From: an uncultured delta proteobacterium
Lineage (GTDB): Bacteria; Myxococcota_A; Polyangia; Polyangiales; JAFGIB01
Assembly (NCBI GenBank): GCA_963778655.1
Contig: CAVZVA010000005.1
Span: 128,001-192,000 of the forward strand
Reading direction: 5' to 3'
DNA length: 64,000 nt
Both the position numbers and the translations under genes were made by a program. The notes beneath the pieces are model-generated. The model was not told the DNA's origin, ran no database searches, and worked only from the letters and a program-made list of their open reading frames with translations. Numbering within the stretch: position 1 is the first letter of the stretch; every line of letters begins with the position of its first letter. Of this stretch, positions 36,818 to 48,241 are shown piece by piece.

Positions 36818-39800
36818 ATGGGCCCGAGCCCCGATACCCACCGGCTCAATGCGCGCTTGCTCCGATTCCGATCGGGCCCCGCGCATGAGGATCCGCTCAC
36901 GCTCGCCGAGGATTTGATCTCGGCGCAGCGCTACGGCGACGCGCGCGGCGTGTTGATCAGCGCGCAGGGCGACGACACCGAGCAGCAGTGCCGGCTGCTC
37001 GTGCTCGAAGGGCGCGCCTGGTACCTGGATCGCGAGCTCGCGCGCGCGCAGGCGGTGTTGTTGAAGGCGGCCAAGCTCGATCCGCAGCGCGCCGAGGCCT
37101 TTCGCTGGCTGGGCGAGGTGCTGCTCAAGCGCGGCGATCCGTCGCGCGCCGCGGTCGCGCTCGAGCGTGCGCATCAGCTTGGCGATGAAGCCGCGGATCT
37201 GCTGCGGCTGCTCGAGCGCGCGCGGCAGCTCGCGCATCGCGCGGTGGCCGAGCCCGCCGCGGTCGCGCCCGCGTATGTCGCGCCCGCGGAGCCCGAGCGC
37301 GCCGAGCCGGGCGCTGCGGCGGGGCGCAACCCTCCGCTGGCCGGCGCCCTGGGAGCCACACCGCTCGGCGCCGCCAGCGTCCAGCCGAGCGCCTCACGCC
37401 CTGTCGCGCTCGCCGCGCCGAAGCCGCGAGCGGTCAAACCTGCCTTTCCGAAGGGGCTGGTCGGCTCGCCGTCGCCGTTTCCGCCGCTGTCGGCGCCGCT
37501 GATCGAGCCGGCCCATGAGGAATCGGGCGAGCAGGATGACGCGCCTGCGACTGAGCCCTTCGTGGATCTGTCGGCTGGCGCTCTGGACGACGTCGCGGGC
37601 GAAGACGTGGCGAGCCCGCCACACGCCGGCGCGTTCTCGAGCTCGCCGGGGCAGCTGCCCGCGCCGTCGCAGGTGACGACGTCCTCGGGGCGGCGATCGT
37701 CGCCGGCTCGACTGTCGTCGCCCGGGGCGCGGAGCGCGCCCGGGACGCTGTCGTCGCCCGGTGGTGTGACGTCGCCCGGGGCGCGGAGCGCGCCCGGGAC
37801 ACTGTCGTCGCCGGGGGTGACGTCGCCTGGGGCGCGCAGTGCACCGGGAACGCAGTCGTCGCCGGGTCGATTGTCGTCGCCGGGCGGGGTGACGTCGCCC
37901 GGAGCGCGCAGCGCGCCGGGAACGCGATCGTCGCCGGGCGGCATAGCCTCGCCCGGGGCCAGCAGCTCGCCCGGGACGCTGTCGTCGCCCGGTGGTGTGA
38001 CGTCGCCCGGGGCGCGGAGCGCGCCCGGGACGCTGTCGTCGCCGGGAACGCGGAGCGCGCCGGGAACGCGGAGCGCGCCGGGAACGCGGTCGTCGCCGGG
38101 AACGCGGTCGTCGCCGGGAACGCGGTCGTCGCCGGGGGGCGTGACGTCGCCCGGGGCCAGCAGCTCGGCCGGGGTGTTCTCGGCGCCCGGGACCACCAGC
38201 TCGTCCGGCCCGCTTCCAGCGCTCGAGCGTAGGTCGTCGCCCGGGACCACCAGCTCGTCCGGGTCGCGTTCGTCGCCCGGCCGGTTGTCGTCGCCGGACA
38301 AGCTGGCCGCTGCCCCAGGTCGTTCCTCGCCCGGGCGCTTGATCGCACCAGCGGCCGCCGGTGGGAGCTCCCCCGGGACGGGGTCTTCGCCCGGAACGCT
38401 TCGCGCTGGGACACGCTTGAACGCGCTCGAGGCCAAGCCCCAGGGCGACACCACGCCCGGCTTGGGCGACGCGCCTGTGCCGCCGCCCGATTCGGGCACG
38501 AGCTCGCAGTGGGACGTGCGCTCGGTCGCCGTGGACTGGCCCACCCAGCAGCCTCTGGGTGCCGCCGTCCCGCCGCCAGCGGAGCCGGAGCCCGCGCACG
38601 GCTACACCGGGGGCTACGACGACTCGGCGGCGATCGACGTGGCCTTCGACCAGCCGGGCGTGGCGGAGCCCGCCATGCCCGAGCCCGTGGAGGACGACCT
38701 GCCGCTGGGCGCGAGCGCGGGGCTGCCCGATGCACCCGAGGCGATGCTCGAGCTGCTCCAGGCGCAAGGCATCTTCGAGCCCTCGGAGGCCCAGCCTTTC
38801 TCGTGGCTGCCGCCGCAGGAGGTCGCGCGCACGGGGACCCGCGTCCGCAACGCGGTGATCGGGGCGTGGGTTAGCGCGCTCGTGCTGTGCGGCGGCGGCT
38901 ACCTCGGCTGGCAGCAGTGGGTCGCACACCGCCATGCCGAGGCCGCTCGGCTCGTGGTCGCGGCGCGCGCGGCGGCCTACGAGGGCGACTACGCCAGGTT
39001 GATCGACGCCGAGCGGCTGCTGCGCTTGGCGCGCGACCAGCACCCGCGCTCCACCGACGTGCCGAAGCTCGAGCTGTTCGTGCACGCCGAGCGCGTTCTC
39101 GAGAGCGGCAGCCGCGAGCTGAGCGCGCTGCGTGTGACGCTGCTGCGCGCCGAGAAATTGCACGTCGATTCCGCCTACCTGGCCGCGGCGCGGGCCGTGC
39201 TCGCGGCCTACTCGGGCGTGTTCGGCGACGCACAGACGCTGCTGAAGAAGGCCGGGGAAGCAGCCAAGGGCGAGGCCCCGCTGTTGTACGTGGTGGGGCG
39301 GTTGCAGCAGCGTATGGGCGAGCCGGAGGCCAAGGCGCGGCTGCAGGCGGCTGCCTCGGCAGCGCCCGATCTGATCGCGCCCGCGCTCGCGCTGGCCGAG
39401 CTGGATCACGATGGCGGGCAGGACGCGGATGCGCTGGCGGCGCTCGAGGTCGTGCTCAAGCACAGCCCCAAGCAGCTGCGCGCCCAGCTGTGGCGGGCGC
39501 TGCTCAGCGCCGACTCGCAAGAGCCCGCGCGCGGGCTGGCAGCGCTCGACGCCCTGTCCAAGCGCGCGCACGAGTCCGCGCCGGTCGACCGCACGCTGTG
39601 GGCGCTGGCGCGCGCGCGCCTGCTCGAGCGCGAAGGCGAGCAGGCCAAGGCCGGCGAGGTGGTGCGCGAGGCGCTTTCGGCCGGCGCCAACGAGCCGCGG
39701 CTACTGGCGATGGTGGCGGCCGAGGCGCGGCGCGCGGGCCAGCTCGGTACCGCCCAGCAGGCCGCCAGCCAGGCTGTGAGCCTGGCGCCGAACGCGCCGG

Positions 39801-41080
39801 CCTACCGCGGGCTGCTGGCAAGCATCCTGATCGAGCGCCACGACGGCGAGCGTGCCCTGAGCTTGCTGTCGGACTTGCCGGAGGCGCCCGCGAGGCTGCT
39901 CTCGATGCGCGCGCGCGCGGCGCTGCAGACCGGCGATGCCAAGGCGGTGCGCGACGCGCTGGACGCGCTCCAGCAAGGCGGCGGTGTGACCGGGATCGAG
40001 GGCACGAGCCTGCGTCTGCGGCTGCGTGCCGTGCTCGAGCCCAGCGCGAGGCTGATGCAGGAGGCCCGCGCGCTCGTCCGCCGTGCGCCCGGCGATCCCG
40101 ACGCACTGCGGGCGGAGGGCGAGGCCGCGCTCGCGCTCGGCGAGCCCAAGGCCGCGATCAGCGCGACGGAGCAGCTGGTGGCGGTGGCGCCCGACGACGC
40201 CGAGGCGCAGCACCTGCTCGGGCGCGCGCGCCGCATGGCCGCCGATGCCAAGGGCGCGGAGGCGGCCTTGCGCAGGGCGCTCGAGCTGTCGCCGGGCTAT
40301 CCGGCGGTGCTGGCCACGCTGGGCGCGCTGTTGCTCGACAGCGGCCGCTACGCCGAGGCCGACGCGACCTACCAGCAGCTCAGCAAGCAGGACGCGCTGC
40401 AGGGCCGGCTGGGGCGCGCCGAGGCGCTGCTCGGCCAGGGGCGGGTCGACGATGCGCAGGCGCAGGTCTCGGGACTGCCCGAGGCGGCGCGCGACACCGC
40501 CGCGGCGCGCGAGACCGGCGCCAAGGTTGCGCTCGCGCGGCACAAGCCGGGCGAGGCGATCACGCTGTTGCGGCCGCTGGTGGAAGGCGAATCGAAGCGT
40601 GCGTCGGCGCTCGCGCTGTATGGGGACGCGCTGTACGCCGCGGACCAGGTCAACACTGCGGCGGGCGCCTACGACGCTGCGCTCGAGCTCGACGCGGAGC
40701 TGCCCGAGGCGCTGCTCGGGCGCGCGCAGGTGCACCTGCGGGCCGAGCGCTCCGACGACGCGATCGACCTGCTCGAGAAGGCTAAGGATGTGTTCGATGT
40801 GCGGCTGCGCCCGCCCGAGGAGCGCGCGCGCATGTTGACCCTGCTCGGCCACGCCTACGTACAGCGCGCCAAGCGCCACGATCTCGACAAGGCGCGCGAC
40901 TTGCTGCGGGAGGCGGTCAAGCTGCAGGGCCCACCGCCAGAGGCGTTCTTCTGGCTGGGCGAGGCGCTCGGCGGCAAGATCACGCCGGAGTCGGCCGCGG
41001 CCTTCAAGCGCTATCTCGAGCTCGAGCCCCAGGGCGATTACGTCGCGCGCGCGCGACGCGCGCTCGGGCCGCTGCTGTAG
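36818..41080 (+). CDS. Large TPR protein with a Ser-Pro-Gly repeat linker and one TM segment
   Basis: N-terminal TPRs, a low-complexity SSPG/SAPG array, TM VIGAWVSALVLCGGGYLGW, and many C-terminal TPRs. Confidence 0.85.
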   Translation: MGPSPDTHRLNARLLRFRSGPAHEDPLTLAEDLISAQRYGDARGVLISAQGDDTEQQCRLLVLEGRAWYLDRELARAQAVLLKAAKLDPQRAEAFRWLGEVLLKRGDPSRAAVALERAHQLGDEAADLLRLLERARQLAHRAVAEPAAVAPAYVAPAEPERAEPGAAAGRNPPLAGALGATPLGAASVQPSASRPVALAAPKPRAVKPAFPKGLVGSPSPFPPLSAPLIEPAHEESGEQDDAPATEPFVDLSAGALDDVAGEDVASPPHAGAFSSSPGQLPAPSQVTTSSGRRSSPARLSSPGARSAPGTLSSPGGVTSPGARSAPGTLSSPGVTSPGARSAPGTQSSPGRLSSPGGVTSPGARSAPGTRSSPGGIASPGASSSPGTLSSPGGVTSPGARSAPGTLSSPGTRSAPGTRSAPGTRSSPGTRSSPGTRSSPGGVTSPGASSSAGVFSAPGTTSSSGPLPALERRSSPGTTSSSGSRSSPGRLSSPDKLAAAPGRSSPGRLIAPAAAGGSSPGTGSSPGTLRAGTRLNALEAKPQGDTTPGLGDAPVPPPDSGTSSQWDVRSVAVDWPTQQPLGAAVPPPAEPEPAHGYTGGYDDSAAIDVAFDQPGVAEPAMPEPVEDDLPLGASAGLPDAPEAMLELLQAQGIFEPSEAQPFSWLPPQEVARTGTRVRNAVIGAWVSALVLCGGGYLGWQQWVAHRHAEAARLVVAARAAAYEGDYARLIDAERLLRLARDQHPRSTDVPKLELFVHAERVLESGSRELSALRVTLLRAEKLHVDSAYLAAARAVLAAYSGVFGDAQTLLKKAGEAAKGEAPLLYVVGRLQQRMGEPEAKARLQAAASAAPDLIAPALALAELDHDGGQDADALAALEVVLKHSPKQLRAQLWRALLSADSQEPARGLAALDALSKRAHESAPVDRTLWALARARLLEREGEQAKAGEVVREALSAGANEPRLLAMVAAEARRAGQLGTAQQAASQAVSLAPNAPAYRGLLASILIERHDGERALSLLSDLPEAPARLLSMRARAALQTGDAKAVRDALDALQQGGGVTGIEGTSLRLRLRAVLEPSARLMQEARALVRRAPGDPDALRAEGEAALALGEPKAAISATEQLVAVAPDDAEAQHLLGRARRMAADAKGAEAALRRALELSPGYPAVLATLGALLLDSGRYAEADATYQQLSKQDALQGRLGRAEALLGQGRVDDAQAQVSGLPEAARDTAAARETGAKVALARHKPGEAITLLRPLVEGESKRASALALYGDALYAADQVNTAAGAYDAALELDAELPEALLGRAQVHLRAERSDDAIDLLEKAKDVFDVRLRPPEERARMLTLLGHAYVQRAKRHDLDKARDLLREAVKLQGPPPEAFFWLGEALGGKITPESAAAFKRYLELEPQGDYVARARRALGPLL
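37690..38400 (+). repeat. Intragenic 18-bp (hexapeptide) tandem repeat array
   Basis: Units such as tcgtcgccgggaacgcgg and agcgcgccgggaacgcgg encoding [ST]-[SA]-P-G-x-x. Confidence 0.88.
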
Positions 41081-41089
41081 CGGGCGTCC

Positions 41090-43696
41090 TCACTGCTGCA
41101 AGCAAGCCAGCGAGAGGTTGGTGTTGCAGGGCGTCGCCGGCGCGATCGTGCCGTCGAACGAGAAGGCCGTCTGCAGGTGTGCGTCGCCGGCGCGCCCGCT
41201 GTAGCCGGTATCGCTGTTGGCCGAGGACATCCAGTCGTTGCAGGTGCTGGCGGCGGTTCCGACCACGGTGAGGACGTTGCTGCTCCCGGTGCCGGCCGGC
41301 CCGCCGCTCCACACGCCGTAGTTGTCGAATTGCGCTCCGTTGTCCGCGGGAATGTTCAGAGGCACGTCCCAGATCAGCGTCCCGCTGGCCACGGCCGCCG
41401 CGGCCGTTGCGGCGAGCGGGATGCCGTCCATTCGCACCCAGGGCGTGCCGCTGACGGTGAACCGCGAGGCCGCCGATCCGCTGGTGGTAGCCAGCAGGGC
41501 ATTGAATGTGCCGGACAGGCCGGCGCCCGTGGCCTCGCTCTGGCAGAGCGCGTCCGCGCTGGCAATCCCGCCGCCGGGCGTCCAGTGGCCCCGGGTGACG
41601 AAGGCCTTGCGTCCGGTAGCGGGCGTGATGCTCAGCAACGAGGTGTTGCTCACACCGAAGCAATACACCGGGTTCGCCGCGGCGCAGCCTTGTCCGCCCG
41701 CGATTGTGAAGCCGTAACCTCCGCCCGTGCTGGAGCCGATCGCCGCGAACGCGGGGCTCGTGTTGCTGGTCCATGAGTTGCACGTCGTTCCCGTGTCCGG
41801 CGTTCCGTCGAAGTTCGTTCCCGTGAAGACGTTGACGTGGCCCCGATCGGAACCGACCGCCGTCAGTCGAATGGGGTAGTAGATGCGGGTGGAGTAGGGG
41901 CCCGCGGCCGCGAAACCGCTGCTCTGGTCCGCGAACGGCTTGCCGTCGGGCCGCACCCAGGCGCGCGCCGACCCGAGCCGCGAAAGCGCGCTCACCGTTT
42001 CGGTCGAAAGCCAGGCCTTGTAGGTGCCGGGCAGGCCCGCGCTGTTGGCCTCGCTCTGGCACATCGCGTCCGCCGCGGCCACTCCGGTGCTGGCGTCGAA
42101 GCTCCCCTGGGTGACGAAGACGTAGTTGGGCGGCGGCACGAAGTTGGCGTCGATCGTGGTGGCCGCCGTGATGGTGACGCTGCAGCTGGCGGTGCCGCTG
42201 CAGCCGCCGCCGCTGAAGCCGCCAAACACGCTGGAGCCGGCCGCGGTCGCGCTCAGCGTCACGTTCGTTCCGTAGTTGTAGAGATGGCTGCAGGTGCTGC
42301 CACAGCTGATGCCGCCGTCCCCGGAGTCGACGCTGCCACTGCCCGAGCCCGACTTGGTGATCTGAAGCGGATACTGCTTGAGCGTGAAGCTCGCCGTGAT
42401 CGTGGTGGCCGCGCTCACCGTAACCACGCAGTCGCCGGTTCCCGAGCAGCCGCCGCCGCTCCAGCCGCTGAAGTTGCTGCCGGTGGCTGGGTTGGCGCTG
42501 AGCGTCACGTTCGTTCCGTAGTTGTAGCTCGCGCTGCAGCTGCCGCCGCAATTGATGCCGCCGACGTTGGAGCTCACCGTCCCGCCGCCGTTTCCGCCTT
42601 TGGACAGCGCGAGCGTCAGTTGCTTGAGCGTGAAGGTCGCGGTGACCGTGGTCGCCGTGGCCAGCGTGACCATGCAGGAGCCGGTTCCGCTGCAGCCGCC
42701 ACCGCTCCACCCGGTGAAGTCGGATCCGGCTGTGGGCGTGGCGGCGAGCGTGACGTTGGTGGTGGCGCCGTAGGATTCGGTGCAGTCGCTGCCGCAGTCG
42801 ATGCCGGCGGGCGTGGAGGTCACGCTGCCGCTCCCGCTGCCGGTCGGGGCCACGACCAGGGTGTAGTCGTCGAGCGGAAAGGTGGCGGTCACGTCCACGT
42901 CTGCCGAAACCGTGAAGGAGCAGGGGTCCACGCCGGAACAGGGGCCTCCGGTCCAGCCACCGAACAAGGAGTTGCTCCCCGGCGTGCCGGTCAGCGTCAC
43001 CTCGGTGCCCTCGTCGACCACCGCGCTGCAGGTCGAGCCGCAGTCGATGCTCGCGCCGCCCGCGCTCACGCTCCCGCTGCCGGCCCCCTGCTTGGTGATC
43101 GTGATGGTGTGAGTGGCGGGCACGAAGCTTGCGCTGACGTCGGTGTCGCCGTCGAGCGTCAGCACGCAGGTGAGGTCGCTGCCCGAGCAGGCGCCGCCCC
43201 AGCCGTCGAAGCTCGAGCCGCTGGCCGGCGCCGCGGTCAGCGTCACCGTGGCGCCCGGCGCGAAGTGCGCGCTGCAGGTGCTGCCGCAGTCGATCGCGGC
43301 GTCGTCGGACGACACCGTTCCCTCGCCCGAGCCGTCCTTGCTCAGCGTCAGCACCACCGCGGTCGAGCCATCGGGTGGCGGCGTGCCGGCTTCGCCTGAG
43401 CCGGCCTCGGCCGATCCGTCGCCGCGCGGCCCGGCTTCGACCGCCGCCTCGGGCTCAGCGTCACGCGCGGCGTCGACCATGCCGTCGGCCGCTGCGTCGA
43501 GCCCCGGGCCTGCGTCGTTCGGGCCTGCGTCGCCGTCCTGAGCCGATCCTGGCTTCGCGTAGCAGAAGTGGTCGAGACGGCAGTGGTAGCTCGCGGGGCA
43601 GTCCTGGTCGCGAGCGCACGCGAACACGCCGTCCGGGGGCGAGGTGGTGCAGCCAGCCAGGGCTAGGCTGGCGATCAGCGGCGCCCAGCTCCGCAT
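41090..43696 (-). CDS. Surface lipoprotein with five divergent InlB B-type repeats and two DUF1554/endostatin-like domains
   Basis: Lipobox LAGC, five GSGxGxVxS..IxCG..C..VTLTA..FxGW repeats, and two FVT..AADALCQSEA..GL.GT[YF].A.L domains. Confidence 0.82.
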   Translation of the reverse strand: MRSWAPLIASLALAGCTTSPPDGVFACARDQDCPASYHCRLDHFCYAKPGSAQDGDAGPNDAGPGLDAAADGMVDAARDAEPEAAVEAGPRGDGSAEAGSGEAGTPPPDGSTAVVLTLSKDGSGEGTVSSDDAAIDCGSTCSAHFAPGATVTLTAAPASGSSFDGWGGACSGSDLTCVLTLDGDTDVSASFVPATHTITITKQGAGSGSVSAGGASIDCGSTCSAVVDEGTEVTLTGTPGSNSLFGGWTGGPCSGVDPCSFTVSADVDVTATFPLDDYTLVVAPTGSGSGSVTSTPAGIDCGSDCTESYGATTNVTLAATPTAGSDFTGWSGGGCSGTGSCMVTLATATTVTATFTLKQLTLALSKGGNGGGTVSSNVGGINCGGSCSASYNYGTNVTLSANPATGSNFSGWSGGGCSGTGDCVVTVSAATTITASFTLKQYPLQITKSGSGSGSVDSGDGGISCGSTCSHLYNYGTNVTLSATAAGSSVFGGFSGGGCSGTASCSVTITAATTIDANFVPPPNYVFVTQGSFDASTGVAAADAMCQSEANSAGLPGTYKAWLSTETVSALSRLGSARAWVRPDGKPFADQSSGFAAAGPYSTRIYYPIRLTAVGSDRGHVNVFTGTNFDGTPDTGTTCNSWTSNTSPAFAAIGSSTGGGYGFTIAGGQGCAAANPVYCFGVSNTSLLSITPATGRKAFVTRGHWTPGGGIASADALCQSEATGAGLSGTFNALLATTSGSAASRFTVSGTPWVRMDGIPLAATAAAAVASGTLIWDVPLNIPADNGAQFDNYGVWSGGPAGTGSSNVLTVVGTAASTCNDWMSSANSDTGYSGRAGDAHLQTAFSFDGTIAPATPCNTNLSLACLQQ

Positions 43697-44649
43697 CAGA
43701 ACGTTCCCGCCAGCTCCAGACCGCCCGGTTGAACGCGCAGCGACGCGCTCTGATCGCGTCGCGATTGCGCCGGAATCAGCTTCCAGGCGAGGCCGGCCGC
43801 GATGCCGGCGGCGCCCACCCCCAGCATCACGATGCCGACGGTCGACAGTGTGGGCACCCGGTTGGAGGCGCTCTTGACCGACGACCACTGCGTGCCTTTG
43901 CTGGCGTCCTCGACCTTGGCCTTGTCGGAGAGCGCGAGCCCCAGCAGCACGCCGCCGGTGACGGCCACGGCAGCCGATGCGCCGATCACGATCCACGGTG
44001 CGAGCCGGCCGCGCGCTGTCGCGGGCTGTGCTGCGGGCAGCGGCGAAGGCTCGGGGCCCGGCTGGGCGCGCACCGGCTCAGGCGGCAGCGCGGGCTCGAG
44101 CGGGGCCAGCTCCACGGGGATCACCTTGTCCTCGCCGCCGTTGATGGTGACCCGCAGCTCCTCCTCCCTGTAACCGTCGGCGCGCACGGTGATGACGCGC
44201 TCGCCGGGGTCGAGGGTCAGCTGAGGGCTCGAAACCGGCTGGCCGTCGAGCAGGATGACGGCCGAGGCGGGCGAGACCTCCAGCCGCAGCTTGCCGACGT
44301 AGCTCTTGGCCCGCTCGAGCAACTCCTGCACCTCCTTGCGCTGCGCTGCTGTCAGGGGTCTGCGAGTCTCGGTCAGGGCCTGGTCGAGCTCGTCGATCGC
44401 CTGCAGGTAGTGGCGCAGCTCGAAGGAGGCCATGCCCAGGCCGCGCAAGGTGCGGGCTGTCGGCCGCAGCTTGTGTGCACGCGCCAGCAGCGCATGGGCC
44501 TCGGAGTAGGCGCCGGCGTCGAACTCATTGGTGGCCTCGCGCAGCAGCCGCTCGTAGCTCGCCTTCTCGGGCGCGTCCTCCGCCCTTGCCCTGGGGGACA
44601 TCCCGAAGAGACAAGCCAAGGCGAGCATCAGCCCCACCGACCGCTGCAT
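43696..44649 (-). CDS. TPR plus PEGA domain membrane protein
   Basis: Signal peptide, TPR helices, VSPASAVILLDG..VRADGY PEGA motif and two C-terminal hydrophobic segments. TGATG coupling to the next gene. Confidence 0.82.
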   Translation of the reverse strand: MQRSVGLMLALACLFGMSPRARAEDAPEKASYERLLREATNEFDAGAYSEAHALLARAHKLRPTARTLRGLGMASFELRHYLQAIDELDQALTETRRPLTAAQRKEVQELLERAKSYVGKLRLEVSPASAVILLDGQPVSSPQLTLDPGERVITVRADGYREEELRVTINGGEDKVIPVELAPLEPALPPEPVRAQPGPEPSPLPAAQPATARGRLAPWIVIGASAAVAVTGGVLLGLALSDKAKVEDASKGTQWSSVKSASNRVPTLSTVGIVMLGVGAAGIAAGLAWKLIPAQSRRDQSASLRVQPGGLELAGTF

Positions 44650-44993
44650 GGCTTGTAACCGCAAGCTCACAGTCGCCCCTTGCAATCCCGTCTCCCGGAG
44701 GGGCCTGACTAACGCACGACCCCGGCGTCATGCAAGGGGAACCGCCGTCCACCCGGGTGCAGGCGCGTGGTCGCGGCGGCGCTGCGCGAGCCGGTCGAGA
44801 CGCCCCCCGGTATAGAGAATGTGACGAGCGCGGTCGGCTCCGGCCTGGCGGGGCACAACGCCGGGGGCTTGCGGCCCAGCGAGCCAAGGGTGATGGGTGA
44901 CCGGCGCGCGCTTGCCTCGCCCGGCGGCTGCGGGCATGGTGGCGGACGCCGGTGGGCGGCCGGGTGAGCCGCCCGCGCGGGCCGGAGGAGCAG

Positions 44994-46136
<1,143 letters not shown>

Positions 46137-46140
46137 CGGG

Positions 46141-46878
46141 GTGCCCAAGCTTCTGCCTGCTGCGGGGCATGGCGCGCTGCTGGCGGCGCTATTGGGTGTT
46201 GCGCTCGCGAGCTGCGGCTCGGAGCCGCCACCCGAGCCGGTTCGGCCCGGCGCGGACAGCAGCGGCGCCGAGGCCGGGCCCGCACCCGCGAGGATGCAGG
46301 TCTCGGGGTTGATGGGCACCATCCCCGAGCGGAAGATCCAGGCCACGCTCGAGCCGCGCCTGCCGCGCTTCCAGCACTGTTTCGCGCAAGGCGCGCAGCA
46401 GGTGGAGCTGATCTCGGGGCGTATGCAGTTCTACTTCCGGGTCGCGCTCGACGGTCGGGTGGAGTGGGTCTATCCCAAGGTCTCGACCGTCGGCGACCGC
46501 GCCACCGAGCAGTGTCTGCTCGAGGTCGCCCGGGCCGCGCGCTTCCCCGCGCCCAAGGGCGGCGGCGCGGCCGAGCTGTCCTGGGGCTTCGAGCTGGACG
46601 CCTCGGACGAGGCTCGGCCGCCGGTCCCGTGGGAGCCGTCGCAGGTGCAGCCGGTGCTGGAGGCGCAGCGCGCCACGTTGGACCACTGCGGGCTCGAGCC
46701 GGGCGCGCTGCTGGTCACCGCGTATGTTGCGCCCGGCGGGCAGGTGCTGGCGGCGGGCGCGTCGGCCAGCTCGCGCCAGGCGGCCGAGCGCATCGACTGC
46801 GCGCTCGACGCGGTCCGTCGGTGGCAGCTGCCCGATCCAGGCTCGTACATGGCTAAGGTGAGCTTCTCGGTTCCCTGA
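46141..46878 (+). CDS. AgmX/PglI C-terminal domain lipoprotein
   Basis: Lipobox LASC; FQHCF...LSG...FRVALDGRV...ECLL-like...FPAPKGG, with a second degenerate copy. Confidence 0.72.
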   Translation: MPKLLPAAGHGALLAALLGVALASCGSEPPPEPVRPGADSSGAEAGPAPARMQVSGLMGTIPERKIQATLEPRLPRFQHCFAQGAQQVELISGRMQFYFRVALDGRVEWVYPKVSTVGDRATEQCLLEVARAARFPAPKGGGAAELSWGFELDASDEARPPVPWEPSQVQPVLEAQRATLDHCGLEPGALLVTAYVAPGGQVLAAGASASSRQAAERIDCALDAVRRWQLPDPGSYMAKVSFSVP

Positions 46879-46990
46879 GGGTGACTTCGCGCGCGTGGCG
46901 GCGCGCGGCGTTGCGCGTATGCTTGAGGTCGCGGAAGCCCCGATCGCGGCGGGTGCCGGCCGGTCGAGCTCCGAGAACGGGAGCGAAGCG

Positions 46991-47440
46991 ATGAGCAATC
47001 CGAGTGAAGGCGGCTCCCAGGTCACGGCGCGAATCGGTAGCGCCGGCCTGGTCACGCAGCTCGAGGCCGGAGGCCATACGCTGGTGGGCGACGAGCCGAT
47101 CTCGGCCGGCGGCACCGACCAGGGGCCCTCGCCCTACGAGTACCTGCTCGCGAGCCTGGGCAGCTGCACCGCGATCACGCTGCGCCTCTACGCCAATCGC
47201 AAGCAGTGGCCGCTGGAAGGCGTGGTGGTGCAGCTCAAGCACAGCCGCATCCACGCCGAGGATTGCGCCGACTGCGAGCGCAAGAGCGGCCGCATCGACC
47301 AGATCGAGCGCAGGATCACGCTGCAAGGCCCGCTGGACGCGGCCCAGCGCACCCGCCTGCTCGAGATCGCCAACCACTGCCCGGTCCACAAGACCCTCAG
47401 CGGCGAGATCAAGATCCGCAGCCAGCTCACCGACTCCTGA
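46991..47440 (+). CDS. OsmC family protein
   Basis: [22 protein letters not shown] and [11 protein letters not shown] motifs. Confidence 0.92.
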   Translation: MSNPSEGGSQVTARIGSAGLVTQLEAGGHTLVGDEPISAGGTDQGPSPYEYLLASLGSCTAITLRLYANRKQWPLEGVVVQLKHSRIHAEDCADCERKSGRIDQIERRITLQGPLDAAQRTRLLEIANHCPVHKTLSGEIKIRSQLTDS

Positions 47441-47518
47441 CCCCCCCTGTCGCCCTTCGTCCCCGTCCCCGTGGTCGTTCGCCGTGCCGCCCGCGTGACC
47501 TGCCCGGAGCCTTGCGCC

Positions 47519-48088
47519 TCAATATGGGAAGCACTGGGCGAAGTCGCAGCTCGCGTATGCCGAGCACATCGCGTATGCACTTTCATAGGCCATGCGGTCT
47601 GGGACGCCGAAGTTGAACACGGTGCCGACCTCTGCGCCCACGCAGTTGTTGACCGCTTGGTTGGGGTCACCCACGCTGCGCCCCTGGTCGAGCGCGCACT
47701 GCGTCTTCTGCTGGCACGCGTACGTGATGCTGGCCATCTGTTGCTCGCCGTAGCCGCTGGGATGGCGCTGCGTGCAGTCCCAGTAGTCGCACGTCGTGAA
47801 GACCCCGCAGCGATTGGTCGTGCTGAGAAATTGCGGCTGGGTCTGCGGCATGCTGTTGAGCGTGTTCGCCTCCATCGCGACGCAGGTCTGGGTGAAATCG
47901 CCCTCGACGGCTTCGTTGCGGGAGAGCTTGCAGAGTCGGGTCTGCTCGCAGTCGTTCTCGATCCGCGTCTTGTTCATGCCGGCGAAGGTGCTCGGATCGT
48001 CGACCGGGGAGGAAGGCCCTCCTCCACAGGCCCCCGCGAGCAGGGCACAGGCGTACAGCACGTGGATCCACGACCGCGTTGGCTTCAT
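47519..48088 (-). CDS. Cys-rich lipoprotein with two internal repeats
   Basis: Lipobox AGAC; two C..(Q).C...C.....C....CD..CF/T modules. Confidence 0.72.
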   Translation of the reverse strand: MKPTRSWIHVLYACALLAGACGGGPSSPVDDPSTFAGMNKTRIENDCEQTRLCKLSRNEAVEGDFTQTCVAMEANTLNSMPQTQPQFLSTTNRCGVFTTCDYWDCTQRHPSGYGEQQMASITYACQQKTQCALDQGRSVGDPNQAVNNCVGAEVGTVFNFGVPDRMAYESAYAMCSAYASCDFAQCFPY

Positions 48089-48241
48089 CGCTGACGACCT
48101 CGAAGGGGTGAGTTGCAAGCCGGCGCCCCGACTCGACTTGTGCGCCGCTGCTGGGCCCATCCCGGACGATAGCGGTACCAGGCCGCGCCCGGGATGGGAA
48201 GAGCCCCAGAACTTGGACCGCGCCGGTGTCGCTCGTGCGCC

